Shown here in pieces: positions 20,264 to 29,751 of a stretch of DNA of 64,000 bases. Numbering within the stretch: position 1 is the first letter of the stretch; each line of letters opens with the position of its first letter. Where the stretch lies: the NCBI GenBank assembly GCA_046330055.1, contig JAXLTM010000008.1, forward strand, positions 12,182-76,181, in the 5' to 3' direction. The position numbers and the translations under genes are program-made. Source of the DNA: Bacteroidia bacterium (GTDB lineage: Bacteria; Bacteroidota; Bacteroidia; AKYH767-A; 2013-40CM-41-45). The notes below the pieces were generated by a model, which saw only the letters and a list, made by a program, of their open reading frames with translations, did not search any database and was not told where the DNA came from.

Positions 20264-22342
20264 ATGGCACTCAGCTTCTTTTCGACATATCAAAAGATTA
20301 TCTCCGGCTTTGTGATTGCAATTGCCGCTATGGGTTATTTTCTTTTTTCCACCGTGAAATCATCGAAAGAAAATATTCAGGATAGTCGTCTGATTCGCTA
20401 CGAGCTTATGATGATGCGAAGCGCAGAGCGACTCCTGGATGACATGCAGGATATTGAAACAGCATACAGGGGATATACCATTACTCAGAATCCAATCTAT
20501 CTGAAACCAAAAATAAGTGCAAAACAAAAAATCAGGAATGATCTCTTTGAATTACTGTTCAGCACTTCATTTGATGAATCTGAAAAAGAACTTGCAGAAT
20601 TATTAAAATTTTTACTTGAAAAAATCAGTATTGCAGATACAGTTGAGAATTTAGTAAAGAGCGGGTATCGAGATTATGCAATTAGGATTATTTCAAGTAA
20701 TCGAGGATTGTATATAATGAATTCAATCAGAGAAAAGATTGAAAAATTAGAAATAAGAGGTCGCTTGCTATTAAACTTCAGTAATGAAAACAGAATGCAT
20801 TCCGCATCTATAACTACGGTGCGTCTGTTGGAGTTCACTGTTTTCGTTCTTTTTCTTCTCATTATTGTTCAATATCTTATTAGCAAAGATTTACGCAAAC
20901 GGAAGACTGAAGAATTAAAACTGTTAGAACTTAATCAGGATTTATTAAAAGAGGTGTCAAAAAAGACGAATGAAATTACAACAATTTTCGAGCGGATCTC
21001 CGATGGTTTTGTTTCACTCGACAAAGAAAATCGATTTATCTTCATTAACAATTATGCGGAAAAATTCTTAGGGAGAAAGAGAGATGAAATTCTCGGACAA
21101 AATCTAATTACACTTTTCAATAATTCCCCTGAAAGTGATTTCAGGAGAAAATTAATCAATGCCATCAACTCACACGTGTACTCGGAATTTGAAGAACTCA
21201 CCGGAGTTTCCAAACGTTGGGTGTCAGTAAAAGTATATCCTACCGAAAATTCTACTTCTATCTTTTTCCAGGATGTAACGGAGAGAAAGAACAATGAACT
21301 TGAACTAATCGAAAGCGAAAAAAAATATCGCCTGCTCTTTGAAAACAATCCGATTCCTATGTGGATTCTCGATATTAACACGAGACGAATTCTTGATGTG
21401 AACGAAGCGGCGATTAAAAACTATGGTTATTCAAGAGAGGAATTCATCGGGAAAAATGCCATTGAACTCAGAGGCAGTGAAGATCAGCGTACAGCAATGC
21501 AAATACTGAACAACAAACAAACTGATACTTTCAGTACCGGCTATTGGACGCATCGCAGGAAAGATGGCTCTACGTTAATCGTTGAAGTGATGGCTTATAC
21601 GCTCGTCTATGAAAATCGACCTGCAAGACTGATACTTTCTCGTGATGTTACTGAAAAAATCAAAGCTGAAGCAGAATTAGAATCATCCCGTGATCAGCTT
21701 CGACAATTATCGGGGCACCTGGAATCAATTCGCGAAGAAGAAAGAACTTCCATTGCACGTGAGATCCATGATGAGCTTGGCCAACAGCTCACCGGATTGA
21801 AAATGGACACAGCATGGCTGAGCAGGCACATCGATCAGAACGATCCGATGAAAGTGAAAAAAGTAGGTGAAATGATGCAGTTGATAGATGAAACAGTAAA
21901 GACCGTTCGAAAGATCGCCTCTGAACTTCGTCCGGGAATTTTAGACGACTTAGGTCTCATTTCCGCTCTGGACTGGCAAAGCAGAGAATTTGAAAAAAGA
22001 ACAGGAATTCAATGTTTTTTCACTCCTGATTCGGCAGATATGATTTTTGACAAGGCAATGTCGACAGTTATTTTCAGAATCTATCAAGAAGCACTGACAA
22101 ATGTCACCAGGCATGCAGAAGCAACTACAGTGAAATCTTTTTTAAGAATCCATGATCAGGATTGCATAGAATTTACTATTATCGACAACGGAAAAGGCAT
22201 ACGCAAAACGCCTGCTCCACCCAAAACACTTGGGTTGATTGGAATGAAAGAACGCGCAATGATGATGAATGGTACGTTGACAGTTGAAAGTGCAGAAGGA
22301 AAAGGAACTATGATAAAACTACGAATACCATTATTAAATTAA
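20264..22342 (+). CDS. Sensor histidine kinase (CHASE3-like, TM, 2 PAS, HisKA_3, HATPase_c)
   Basis: 692 aa. H-box HDELGQQLTGLKMD, two PAS-like segments, and a C-terminal ATPase (DNGKGI ... GLIGMKERA). Confidence 0.85.
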   Translation: MALSFFSTYQKIISGFVIAIAAMGYFLFSTVKSSKENIQDSRLIRYELMMMRSAERLLDDMQDIETAYRGYTITQNPIYLKPKISAKQKIRNDLFELLFSTSFDESEKELAELLKFLLEKISIADTVENLVKSGYRDYAIRIISSNRGLYIMNSIREKIEKLEIRGRLLLNFSNENRMHSASITTVRLLEFTVFVLFLLIIVQYLISKDLRKRKTEELKLLELNQDLLKEVSKKTNEITTIFERISDGFVSLDKENRFIFINNYAEKFLGRKRDEILGQNLITLFNNSPESDFRRKLINAINSHVYSEFEELTGVSKRWVSVKVYPTENSTSIFFQDVTERKNNELELIESEKKYRLLFENNPIPMWILDINTRRILDVNEAAIKNYGYSREEFIGKNAIELRGSEDQRTAMQILNNKQTDTFSTGYWTHRRKDGSTLIVEVMAYTLVYENRPARLILSRDVTEKIKAEAELESSRDQLRQLSGHLESIREEERTSIAREIHDELGQQLTGLKMDTAWLSRHIDQNDPMKVKKVGEMMQLIDETVKTVRKIASELRPGILDDLGLISALDWQSREFEKRTGIQCFFTPDSADMIFDKAMSTVIFRIYQEALTNVTRHAEATTVKSFLRIHDQDCIEFTIIDNGKGIRKTPAPPKTLGLIGMKERAMMMNGTLTVESAEGKGTMIKLRIPLLN

Positions 22343-22350
22343 CCCACTCT

Positions 22351-22977
22351 ATGAATATTTTATTAGCAGATGATCACTTTGTTGTGAGGAGGGGATTGAG
22401 AGATATCCTGCAGGAAGAATTTCCAAATGCAAAATTTGATGAAGTATCAGACGGTCATGAACTGGTGAAGAGGATCCGGACTTCTCCGTATGATATTGTA
22501 ATTTCAGATCTATCTATGCCGGGAAAAAACGGACTGGAGGCATTGAAAATAATCAAGACAGAATTCCCGACTATACCTGTTCTTATTTTATCGATACATC
22601 CGGAGGAACTTTATGCCATTCGCGTTCTTAAAGCCGGAGCAAGCGGATACATGACGAAAGAAAGCGCGCCGGAAGAACTCGTGAAAGCTGTGAAGCTTAT
22701 CATGAACGGAAGGAAATACATCACGCCAAGCTTAGCCGAGAAAATGGTTTCCAAACTTGATCACGACTTCAGCAAACTTCCGCACGAACTTTTATCAGAC
22801 CGCGAATTAGATGTTTTAAAAATGATCGCCGGCGGCAAAACCGTTTCCGAAATTGCCAACGAACTTTCACTCAGTGTCAACACTATTTCCACCTATCGCG
22901 CCCGTGTGCTTGAGAAAATGAACCTCAAGACGAATTCGGAGTTGACTTATTATGCGATATCAAATCAGCTGATTTAG
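22351..22977 (+). CDS. NarL/FixJ-type response regulator (REC plus LuxR HTH)
   Basis: 208 aa. Receiver domain (DDHFVVR...DLSMPGKNG), then LSDRELDVLKMIAGGKTVSEIANELSLSVNTISTYR. Confidence 0.9.
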   Translation: MNILLADDHFVVRRGLRDILQEEFPNAKFDEVSDGHELVKRIRTSPYDIVISDLSMPGKNGLEALKIIKTEFPTIPVLILSIHPEELYAIRVLKAGASGYMTKESAPEELVKAVKLIMNGRKYITPSLAEKMVSKLDHDFSKLPHELLSDRELDVLKMIAGGKTVSEIANELSLSVNTISTYRARVLEKMNLKTNSELTYYAISNQLI

Positions 22978-23042
22978 TGATTAGTAATTAGTAATTAGTG
23001 ATCAGCTTATTTTCTAATTACTGATCACCAATTACTAATTAC
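22975..23042. repeat. Heptamer-array hairpin (GTAATTAGTAATTAGTGATCAG / 15-nt loop / CTGATCACCAATTACTAATTAC)
   Basis: Base-by-base pairing gives a 23-bp stem (22983-23005 with 23021-23043) with one A.C mismatch. The TAG stop of the regulator is its first triplet. Confidence 0.85.
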
Positions 23043-23140
23043 TTCTTTTTGATTTGTCACATTTTCCCCTACAAACTCCATCCAGAATCTGTTTCATTTA
23101 TTGTGGGTGAAGGTCTATTAACTTAGGGACGCGGACTGCG

Positions 23141-23148
23141 TAAATTTG
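23141..23148 (+). promoter_or_regulatory. Candidate -7 box TAAATTTG
   Basis: Exact TAnnTTTG match, 3 nt before the ATG at 23152. Confidence 0.35.
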
Positions 23149-23151
23149 TGC

Positions 23152-23535
23152 ATGCCGTTACCGCAATATGGATTCAGGGTTTTGGTCGTTGAAGATTCAC
23201 TTATTATCGTGAAACGGATATGGGCCTTATTGATGGAAGTTGATGGTATCACTATGATTACGCACGCCAAAGATGGCAATGAAGCGCTGTTGCTTGCTGA
23301 GCAAATCAAACCTGATGTCATCCTTCTCGATATTAAAATACCCGGAAAAAGCGGAGTTGACGTTCTTCCATTACTGAAAGCGCGAACCAATGCCAAGGTG
23401 ATCATGCTTACGAATTACTCAGATCAGTACTATCGCAATCTGTGTTCTCGTCTGGGCGCTGATTTTTTCCTTGACAAATCACAGGAGTTCGACAAGATCA
23501 ATGACATTCTCTGTACACTCAGACCGGTGGCCTGA
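23152..23535 (+). CDS. Stand-alone receiver-domain (CheY-like) protein
   Basis: FRVLVVEDS...ILLDIKIPGKSG...VIMLTN, with no output domain. The ATG at 23152 is preferred to the TTG at 23146. Confidence 0.75.
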   Translation: MPLPQYGFRVLVVEDSLIIVKRIWALLMEVDGITMITHAKDGNEALLLAEQIKPDVILLDIKIPGKSGVDVLPLLKARTNAKVIMLTNYSDQYYRNLCSRLGADFFLDKSQEFDKINDILCTLRPVA

Positions 23536-23827
23536 GTATGTAGTCGTTTGTTTGACAGTTGTCTAATAAAACAACGACAGCGGAAACCATTGAACCACTA
23601 TAGTCGGATCACATGATTCGCGCGAACTTTGACGCAGGTTTTAAGTTTAACGATATAGATTTTGAGAGGTAAAGAAATCAGTTCAACTGCAATGAAAGCT
23701 TACATTTCCACCGCCTTCAAAAGAAAAATTGAACAGTGTGTTCTTAAGATTTATCTGGTAGATAAAAGCTAGTGTTAGGGTGATGCAGGTTGTGTGTGCC
23801 TGCATTTATGTGTGTGAAGTTCAATAG

Positions 23828-23861
23828 CCCCATCCTTCGGGATGGGGTGTTGGACTTTTTT
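23828..23861 (+). terminator. Stem-loop CCCCATCC-TTCG-GGATGGGG followed by a T6 run
   Basis: Perfect 8-bp GC-rich stem with a TTCG tetraloop. The T-run at 23856-23861 is 8 nt from the stem, so it is not fully canonical. Confidence 0.4.
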
Positions 23862-23953
23862 AGTAAGTAGTAAGTAGTAAGTGGTAAGTAGTTTTCGAAA
23901 GTATTTAGAGGGTAATTCTGAATTCAGAATTCAGAATTCAGAATTCAGAATTT
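23861..23953. repeat. (TAGTAAG)x4 array (23861-23891) and (GAATTCA)x5 array (23914-23953)
   Basis: Read directly. Confidence 0.9.
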
Positions 23954-24044
23954 TTTTGCGCTGGAAACAATGGAGGATGAAGTGGATGTGGAAGTGTAAG
24001 TGGAAGTTTCAAGAAAAAGTTGGAAGAATGGGACGCACATAAGT

Positions 24045-24162
24045 CAACCAGCAAACCAGAAACCAGAAACCAGCAAACCAGCAAACTAGCAACTCACTAA
24101 GCAACTAAGCAACTAAGCAACCAAGCAACTAAGCAACTAAGCAACCAAGCAACCAATCAACC
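24045..24162. repeat. (AAACCAG-type)n grading into a (AAGCAACY)x8 array
   Basis: Read directly. The stop codon of the minus-strand gene (24157-24159) lies inside the last units. The complement motif (GTTGCTTR)n recurs at 59263-59327. Confidence 0.9.
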
Positions 24163-24552
24163 GGCATAGTACGGCACTTCATCCCTGGATACAGCGTCTT
24201 TCTGCTGCCAGTAGGCGACTGTGACTACGTGGCCGTCGCGGGTGCGGAGGAGGCGGCCGTAGAGGTAGTTGGTAGGATTGAATCGGACGTCGGTTACGCC
24301 TACGGTGTAGGTTGATGGTCCTTCCGGAACCGGCTCGGGAGCAGGCTGTGGCGTGGCGCCGTCGGCAAGTGCTGCAGCGGCGGGTTTGGCGGCTGCTTTT
24401 GGAGGCGGACTTTTTACGACAACAACAGTAAAGTTATTTGCTTCGAGCAGGTCCTTCAAAAAAGCGACACGCGCTTCAGAGACATTTTTTTCTACGATGG
24501 CGCATTTTACGCCGTCGAGATCTTCGAAAAGATGATTCTGATTGATTGCCAT
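24157..24552 (-). CDS. Hypothetical 131-aa protein, last gene of the nuo transcription unit
   Basis: It starts 9 nt after the nuoN stop on the same strand. Two small domains are joined by an Ala/Pro-rich linker (PPPKAAAKPAAAALADGATPQPAPEPVPEG). It is visibly more GC-rich than its neighbours. No family was recognised. Confidence 0.6.
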   Translation of the reverse strand: MAINQNHLFEDLDGVKCAIVEKNVSEARVAFLKDLLEANNFTVVVVKSPPPKAAAKPAAAALADGATPQPAPEPVPEGPSTYTVGVTDVRFNPTNYLYGRLLRTRDGHVVTVAYWQQKDAVSRDEVPYYAG

Positions 24553-24561
24553 TTTTCTTTT

Positions 24562-25971
24562 TTATAAACCTAACTGAAGTCCTAATATGTATTCGTAAAT
24601 GCTTCCTGCAAAGCCGGTGAAAACAATACCTGCCAGACAAACAAACAACGCTACTTTTAAACTTACGCCCGATTTCAATGCAGGAATTGCATGTTCGTTT
24701 TTATCCATGAACATGGCTCTGATTACCCTCAGATAATAATAAAGAGCAACAATCATATTCAAGGCAGCAACAATAATCAGGGCGAAATTTCCTGTGCCGG
24801 AACCGGCTTTAAGGAGGAAAATTTTACCGAAGAATCCTGCTGTAGGCGGAATTCCTGCAAGTGAGAACAAGGCAATTGCCATGCTCCATGCAAGGAATGG
24901 ATTAGTTTTTGCCAACCCTTTATAATCGTCTATATTTTCCTTTTCAGTTTCAGCGGCAACGTGTGAAATCACTCCGAAGGCCACAATGTTGCTGAAGAGA
25001 TAAACCAGAATGAAATAAATCGTGGAAGCAATGCCTTCATTTGAACTGCCCGACAAACCGATTAATATGAAACCGATTTGTGTAATCGATGAAAAGGCAA
25101 GGAAACGTTTCAGATTCTGCTGACGAATGGCAAAGAGATTACCGGTAATCATCGTTGCAATACTTAGAATATAAAGCAATGTGTACCAGGTATCATGAAG
25201 TGCACCGAAAACATTATAGAGAATTGATGCGAAAATGATTACAGTCGCTCCTTTACTAATCACACTTAAGAAAGCAGTGACCGGAACCGGTGATCCTTCG
25301 TATACGTCGGCTGTCCAAAGGTGAAAAGGAACAACAGATAATTTAAATGCAATGCCTGTGAAAAGCATAACAAATCCGATGATGTAAACAGGCTCAAATT
25401 GCACTGTCTGCGTGAGCTGAGCGAAACTCAATGTTCCCGTAGCTCCGTAAATAAAAGATATTCCCATCAGCATCACTCCGCTGGAGAAAGCAGATGAAAG
25501 AATCATTTTCATGGCCGCTTCGCCCGACCTTCTTTCTTCCAATCCAAAATTTGCTAAAGCAGCAAGAGGAATGGATGCGAGTTCCAAAGAGAGATAGAAC
25601 ATCAGCAGATGTCCCGATGAAATCATAAAGAACATTCCCAACAAAGTAGAAAGCATCAGCAGGTAAAATTCTACGATGTGCCGGCATTGCTTCATCCAGT
25701 CTTCGGCAATCAGTCCAATCAGCAGCGTTCCAGTCATTAAAAGATTCTTCGCAAAGGCGCCGGCTTTGTAACCGATAAACATTCCTCCGAAAGCTTCACC
25801 CGTTTCTGTCGGCAGAAACCAGGCGAGCAAACAAAACACGGCCATCATTCCATTGAATGAACGTATCCAGAACGAACGACCGTTCCCGTTATCCCCTACT
25901 TTCATGATCAGCATTACTGCAATCATGAAACAGAGCATCCATTCATTTTTTAGTAGATATAGCAACTGCAT
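24562..25971 (-). CDS. nuoN: NADH-quinone oxidoreductase subunit N
   Basis: 469 aa antiporter-like polytopic protein at the last position of the nuo order. Confidence 0.85.
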   Translation of the reverse strand: MQLLYLLKNEWMLCFMIAVMLIMKVGDNGNGRSFWIRSFNGMMAVFCLLAWFLPTETGEAFGGMFIGYKAGAFAKNLLMTGTLLIGLIAEDWMKQCRHIVEFYLLMLSTLLGMFFMISSGHLLMFYLSLELASIPLAALANFGLEERRSGEAAMKMILSSAFSSGVMLMGISFIYGATGTLSFAQLTQTVQFEPVYIIGFVMLFTGIAFKLSVVPFHLWTADVYEGSPVPVTAFLSVISKGATVIIFASILYNVFGALHDTWYTLLYILSIATMITGNLFAIRQQNLKRFLAFSSITQIGFILIGLSGSSNEGIASTIYFILVYLFSNIVAFGVISHVAAETEKENIDDYKGLAKTNPFLAWSMAIALFSLAGIPPTAGFFGKIFLLKAGSGTGNFALIIVAALNMIVALYYYLRVIRAMFMDKNEHAIPALKSGVSLKVALFVCLAGIVFTGFAGSIYEYILGLQLGL

Positions 25972-25978
25972 TCTGTTC

Positions 25979-27478
25979 TCAGTTTAATGAAATGTAACGG
26001 TTCACATTTTCCATGATGGCCTGCGTGGCAGGATCAATCAGGTGGTTAATGTAAAACGGTGTAATACCAATCACGAGGATGGCGGCAATCAGCAATACGG
26101 CTGCACTCTTTTCATTCCACAGTGCATCCTTCAATCCGGAATATGAATCTTTGCCAAGCGGGCCCATCAGCGAACGTCCTGTTGCACGGAGAATATATAC
26201 CGCCGTCACAACAATCGACATACAGGCTACGATGGTAGCGACCCGATACATCGTATCAGGTTGTTGCCATGAACCAACGAAGACAGTCATTTCCGCAACG
26301 AAGCCGCTGAATCCCGGAAGTCCGAGTGAACACAGACCGGCAATGAAGAATACTGTGCTGATGAATGGCATCACCTTCAACAAACCGCCGAGTTCGGCAA
26401 TGGTTCGTGTATGTGTGCGTTCGTATAACATGCCGATGGCGGCGAAGAAGAGAGCCGTCATCAATCCGTGAGATACCATCTGAATCACTGCGCCGCTGAT
26501 AGAAGCCGGTGTGAGCATTCCGATTCCGAGCAGCACAAATCCGCAGTGCGAAACGGAACTATAAGCATTCATATACTTCAGATCCTTCTGCATCATCGTT
26601 GCAAATGCTCCGTAGAGAATGGCAATGGCAGCTAATGCAATGATATAGCCTGAATAGTAATGTGCCGCTTCAGGCATCAAATACGCAGCAACGCGCAGAC
26701 AACCATATCCGCCGAGCTTCATCGAAATACCGGCAAGGAACATAGAAGCAGCCGTTGGCGCAGAAGAGTGTCCGTCGGGAACCCAGGTATGGAATGGGAA
26801 TATTGCCGTAAAAATTCCGAAGCCAACGAAAAGAAATGGGAAGAAAATCAATTGTACATCGACAGGAATTTGAAGTTTCGATAAACTCTGCAAGCTGAAA
26901 CCTTCAGACTGAATAGGAGCGTGATAACATAAGCCGAGTAAACCCACCAGCACGAGTGCTGAGCCGCCCATAAGCATAAGCGCAAGTTTGTTGGCGCTGT
27001 ATTCCTTCTTACCACTGCCCCAGATTCCGATCAGCAAGTACTTTGGAATTACGGCAACTTCGAGGAAGAAGAACATCAGGAATAAATCCAGAGAGATGAA
27101 AAATCCGTAGGCTCCGGCGCTGAGAAGGGTCAACAGGAAGAAGAATGACTTAGGCTGCTCTTCCATATTCCACGAAACCAGAATTCCGGCAAGCACTACA
27201 CACGCAGTGAGCAGAATCATGGCAATGGTAATGCCGTCGATTCCGATGTGATAGTTGATTCCGAGTGAAGGGAACCAGGCCATCGTCGATTCAAAATAAA
27301 ATCCGGCCGACGGATTGGCATGATGTGCTTCACGATAAAGAAACATCAGCGCAATGCTCAGCAGAAGCTGAACAACTGCTCCGCCAAGGGCAACGGTACG
27401 AGCCATATTCCTGTTACCGGAAAAAGCAATTCCGGCAGCAGCAAGAACAGGGATGATTATTAGAAGGCTCAGATTCAT
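25979..27478 (-). CDS. nuoM: NADH-quinone oxidoreductase subunit M
   Basis: Antiporter-like subunit. Start set at MNLSLLIIIPVL (27478), directly after the nuoL stop. Confidence 0.85.
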   Translation of the reverse strand: MNLSLLIIIPVLAAAGIAFSGNRNMARTVALGGAVVQLLLSIALMFLYREAHHANPSAGFYFESTMAWFPSLGINYHIGIDGITIAMILLTACVVLAGILVSWNMEEQPKSFFFLLTLLSAGAYGFFISLDLFLMFFFLEVAVIPKYLLIGIWGSGKKEYSANKLALMLMGGSALVLVGLLGLCYHAPIQSEGFSLQSLSKLQIPVDVQLIFFPFLFVGFGIFTAIFPFHTWVPDGHSSAPTAASMFLAGISMKLGGYGCLRVAAYLMPEAAHYYSGYIIALAAIAILYGAFATMMQKDLKYMNAYSSVSHCGFVLLGIGMLTPASISGAVIQMVSHGLMTALFFAAIGMLYERTHTRTIAELGGLLKVMPFISTVFFIAGLCSLGLPGFSGFVAEMTVFVGSWQQPDTMYRVATIVACMSIVVTAVYILRATGRSLMGPLGKDSYSGLKDALWNEKSAAVLLIAAILVIGITPFYINHLIDPATQAIMENVNRYISLN

Positions 27479-27480
27479 GA

Positions 27481-29409
27481 TCAGATCAACTGTAAGAGGT
27501 AAAGTGTAATAGCAATAAGCGATAATGCACCGGCTAAATACCATGCTCCGTATGACTGTACTTTACCGCTTTGCCACTCACTTGTAGAATAGCTGAATAC
27601 TGAGGTGGCCTTGGCCAATGTATTCATAAAACCATCTACTATATTTTTATCAATCCATGCAGCAGGAGCTGAAATGAATTTGAAAATTACATTTTTAGTA
27701 ATGAAGAGATAAATTTCATCAATGTAAAACTTACTCTTGATTGTGGTGTAAATACCGCCGAGAGAAGCAGAAATTTTTCCAACTGAATCATTCTTCTTTC
27801 TGAAGAAAACAAAAGCAAGAATGATTCCGGTCAGCGACAATGCAACAGGTAAAATTGAAAACGAAAAATCCATGTGCGTTTCCAATGCATGTCCGTCGCT
27901 GCTGACGAAGTTTCCGAAAGGAACAAATCCTGCAACTACTGCTCCGATCGCAAGCACGACCTGTACGATCGTCATCGCCGGAGAAGTGTGTGCATGATGA
28001 TGTTCGTGCTCTACGCGATTTCCATCATTGTAGAAAATCATAAAGAACAAACGGAACATATAGAAGGATGTCAGCGCAGCGGTGGCAATGGCCAACCAGT
28101 AAATTGTGCGGTCATGTGCGTAGGCAGCAGAGAGAATTTCCTCTTTACTGAAGAAGCCGGCGAAGGGAGGAATTCCGGCGATAGCCAGACAAGCAAGCAG
28201 GAAAGTAATATGTGTAAGCGGAAGATCTTTCCGAAGTCCGCCCATATCTTTTACTTCATTACTGTGAATGAAATGAATTACCGTACCTGCACAAAGGAAT
28301 AGAAGCGCTTTAAAGATGGCGTGAGTAAACAAGTGGAACATGGATGCCATGTAGCCCAAACCTTCCTCGCCTCCATATGATGAGACTCCAAGCGCAAACA
28401 TCATGAAGCCGATTTGCGACATCGTAGAATAGGCAAGCACTCGTTTGATATCGGTTTGTGTAGTGGCAATGATGGCGGCGAAAGCGGCAGAGATGACACC
28501 TACTACGGCAACCACGTGCAAGGCGGCCGGACAAGAAATAGCGTATACAGGGAATAACCGTGCGACTAAATACACACCGGCAACTACCATTGTTGCAGCA
28601 TGGATGAGTGCAGAAACCGGTGTCGGACCTTCCATTGCGTCAGGTAACCAGATGTGCAGCGGAAACATTGCACTCTTACCGGCACCGCCGATGAAGATGA
28701 GTGTCAATGCCCATGACAATGCGGATACACCCATGAACGAAGCAGTCGAGATGGCCTGAAGATGCGGATTGGTAAAGTCGGTGTAACGACCGATGATTTC
28801 TTTGAAGTCGAGTGAGCCGGAATAGTAAGACAAGACAAGAATTCCTGCCAGGAATCCGAGATCTGCAAAACGGGTAACAATGAATGCCTTTTTAGATGCA
28901 GCGACAGCCGATGGCTTCTGAAAATAAAATCCGATCAGCAGAAAACTACTTACACCTACGAGCTCCCAGAAAACGTAAGTCTGGAAAATGTTTGTGGCAA
29001 CCACCAAACCGAGCATTGAGAAACTGAACAATGAAAGGAATGAGTAATACGTAGCGTACCGCTCCTCCCCTTTCATATAGCCCAGTGAATAAATGTGCAC
29101 CATGAGCGATACGAACGTCACCACGAGTAACATCATCACTGAAATCGGATCAATCAGTATACCGACATTGATGGACAAATCATTTGTAAAACGCAGCCAT
29201 TCCATTTCAAAAGGAATAACAGCAGCGCGAGGATTGCCGGAAGCTCCGAAGAAATATTCCGAAGCAACCATGACGGATAAAATGAAAGCAATGAGCATTG
29301 CCGCCGTTCCGAGAATGCCTGCGAAATTCTTCAGGTATTTCCTGCCCCAAATGCCGGAAACGACAAAGGAGAACAACGGAAGCAACAATATGAGTAGCGA
29401 ATAAGACAT
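27481..29409 (-). CDS. nuoL: NADH-quinone oxidoreductase subunit L
   Basis: 642 aa. It is the largest antiporter-like subunit, with a C-terminal lateral-helix region. Confidence 0.85.
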   Translation of the reverse strand: MSYSLLILLLPLFSFVVSGIWGRKYLKNFAGILGTAAMLIAFILSVMVASEYFFGASGNPRAAVIPFEMEWLRFTNDLSINVGILIDPISVMMLLVVTFVSLMVHIYSLGYMKGEERYATYYSFLSLFSFSMLGLVVATNIFQTYVFWELVGVSSFLLIGFYFQKPSAVAASKKAFIVTRFADLGFLAGILVLSYYSGSLDFKEIIGRYTDFTNPHLQAISTASFMGVSALSWALTLIFIGGAGKSAMFPLHIWLPDAMEGPTPVSALIHAATMVVAGVYLVARLFPVYAISCPAALHVVAVVGVISAAFAAIIATTQTDIKRVLAYSTMSQIGFMMFALGVSSYGGEEGLGYMASMFHLFTHAIFKALLFLCAGTVIHFIHSNEVKDMGGLRKDLPLTHITFLLACLAIAGIPPFAGFFSKEEILSAAYAHDRTIYWLAIATAALTSFYMFRLFFMIFYNDGNRVEHEHHHAHTSPAMTIVQVVLAIGAVVAGFVPFGNFVSSDGHALETHMDFSFSILPVALSLTGIILAFVFFRKKNDSVGKISASLGGIYTTIKSKFYIDEIYLFITKNVIFKFISAPAAWIDKNIVDGFMNTLAKATSVFSYSTSEWQSGKVQSYGAWYLAGALSLIAITLYLLQLI

Positions 29410-29436
29410 TCGGTATATTCTTTATCTGTGAGTCGA

Positions 29437-29751
29437 TCAGAGTTTCAATTCATCTGAGTCTTCCACATCAATCGATTTATGAGTACGGTATAAGTTGATG
29501 ATAATCGCAATGGCTACAGCCGCTTCAGCAGCAGCAATGGCAATGGTGAACAAACTGAAGAAAAGTCCTTCGGTTTGTTCAGGATGCAGGTATTTATTGA
29601 ATGCGACGAAATTGATATTAACACTGTTCAGAATTAATTCAATCGACATGAGCATGGTGATCAGATTTCTTCGCGTGAAGAAACCATAGACTCCGATAAA
29701 GAACAGAGCCGTGCTGACCATGAGAATATGTGTTAACGGAATACTGCTCAT
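29437..29751 (-). CDS. nuoK: NADH-quinone oxidoreductase subunit K
   Basis: 104 aa, 3 TM, in the conserved position. Confidence 0.85.
   Translation of the reverse strand: MSSIPLTHILMVSTALFFIGVYGFFTRRNLITMLMSIELILNSVNINFVAFNKYLHPEQTEGLFFSLFTIAIAAAEAAVAIAIIINLYRTHKSIDVEDSDELKL

Noticed and set aside
26079-29404. Plus-strand ORFs of 74-142 aa inside the nuo operon (26079-26471, 27874-28302, 28445-28759, 29093-29404, and others)
   Set aside because: They are antisense shadows of highly conserved, intact minus-strand nuo genes. They have no recognisable motifs.
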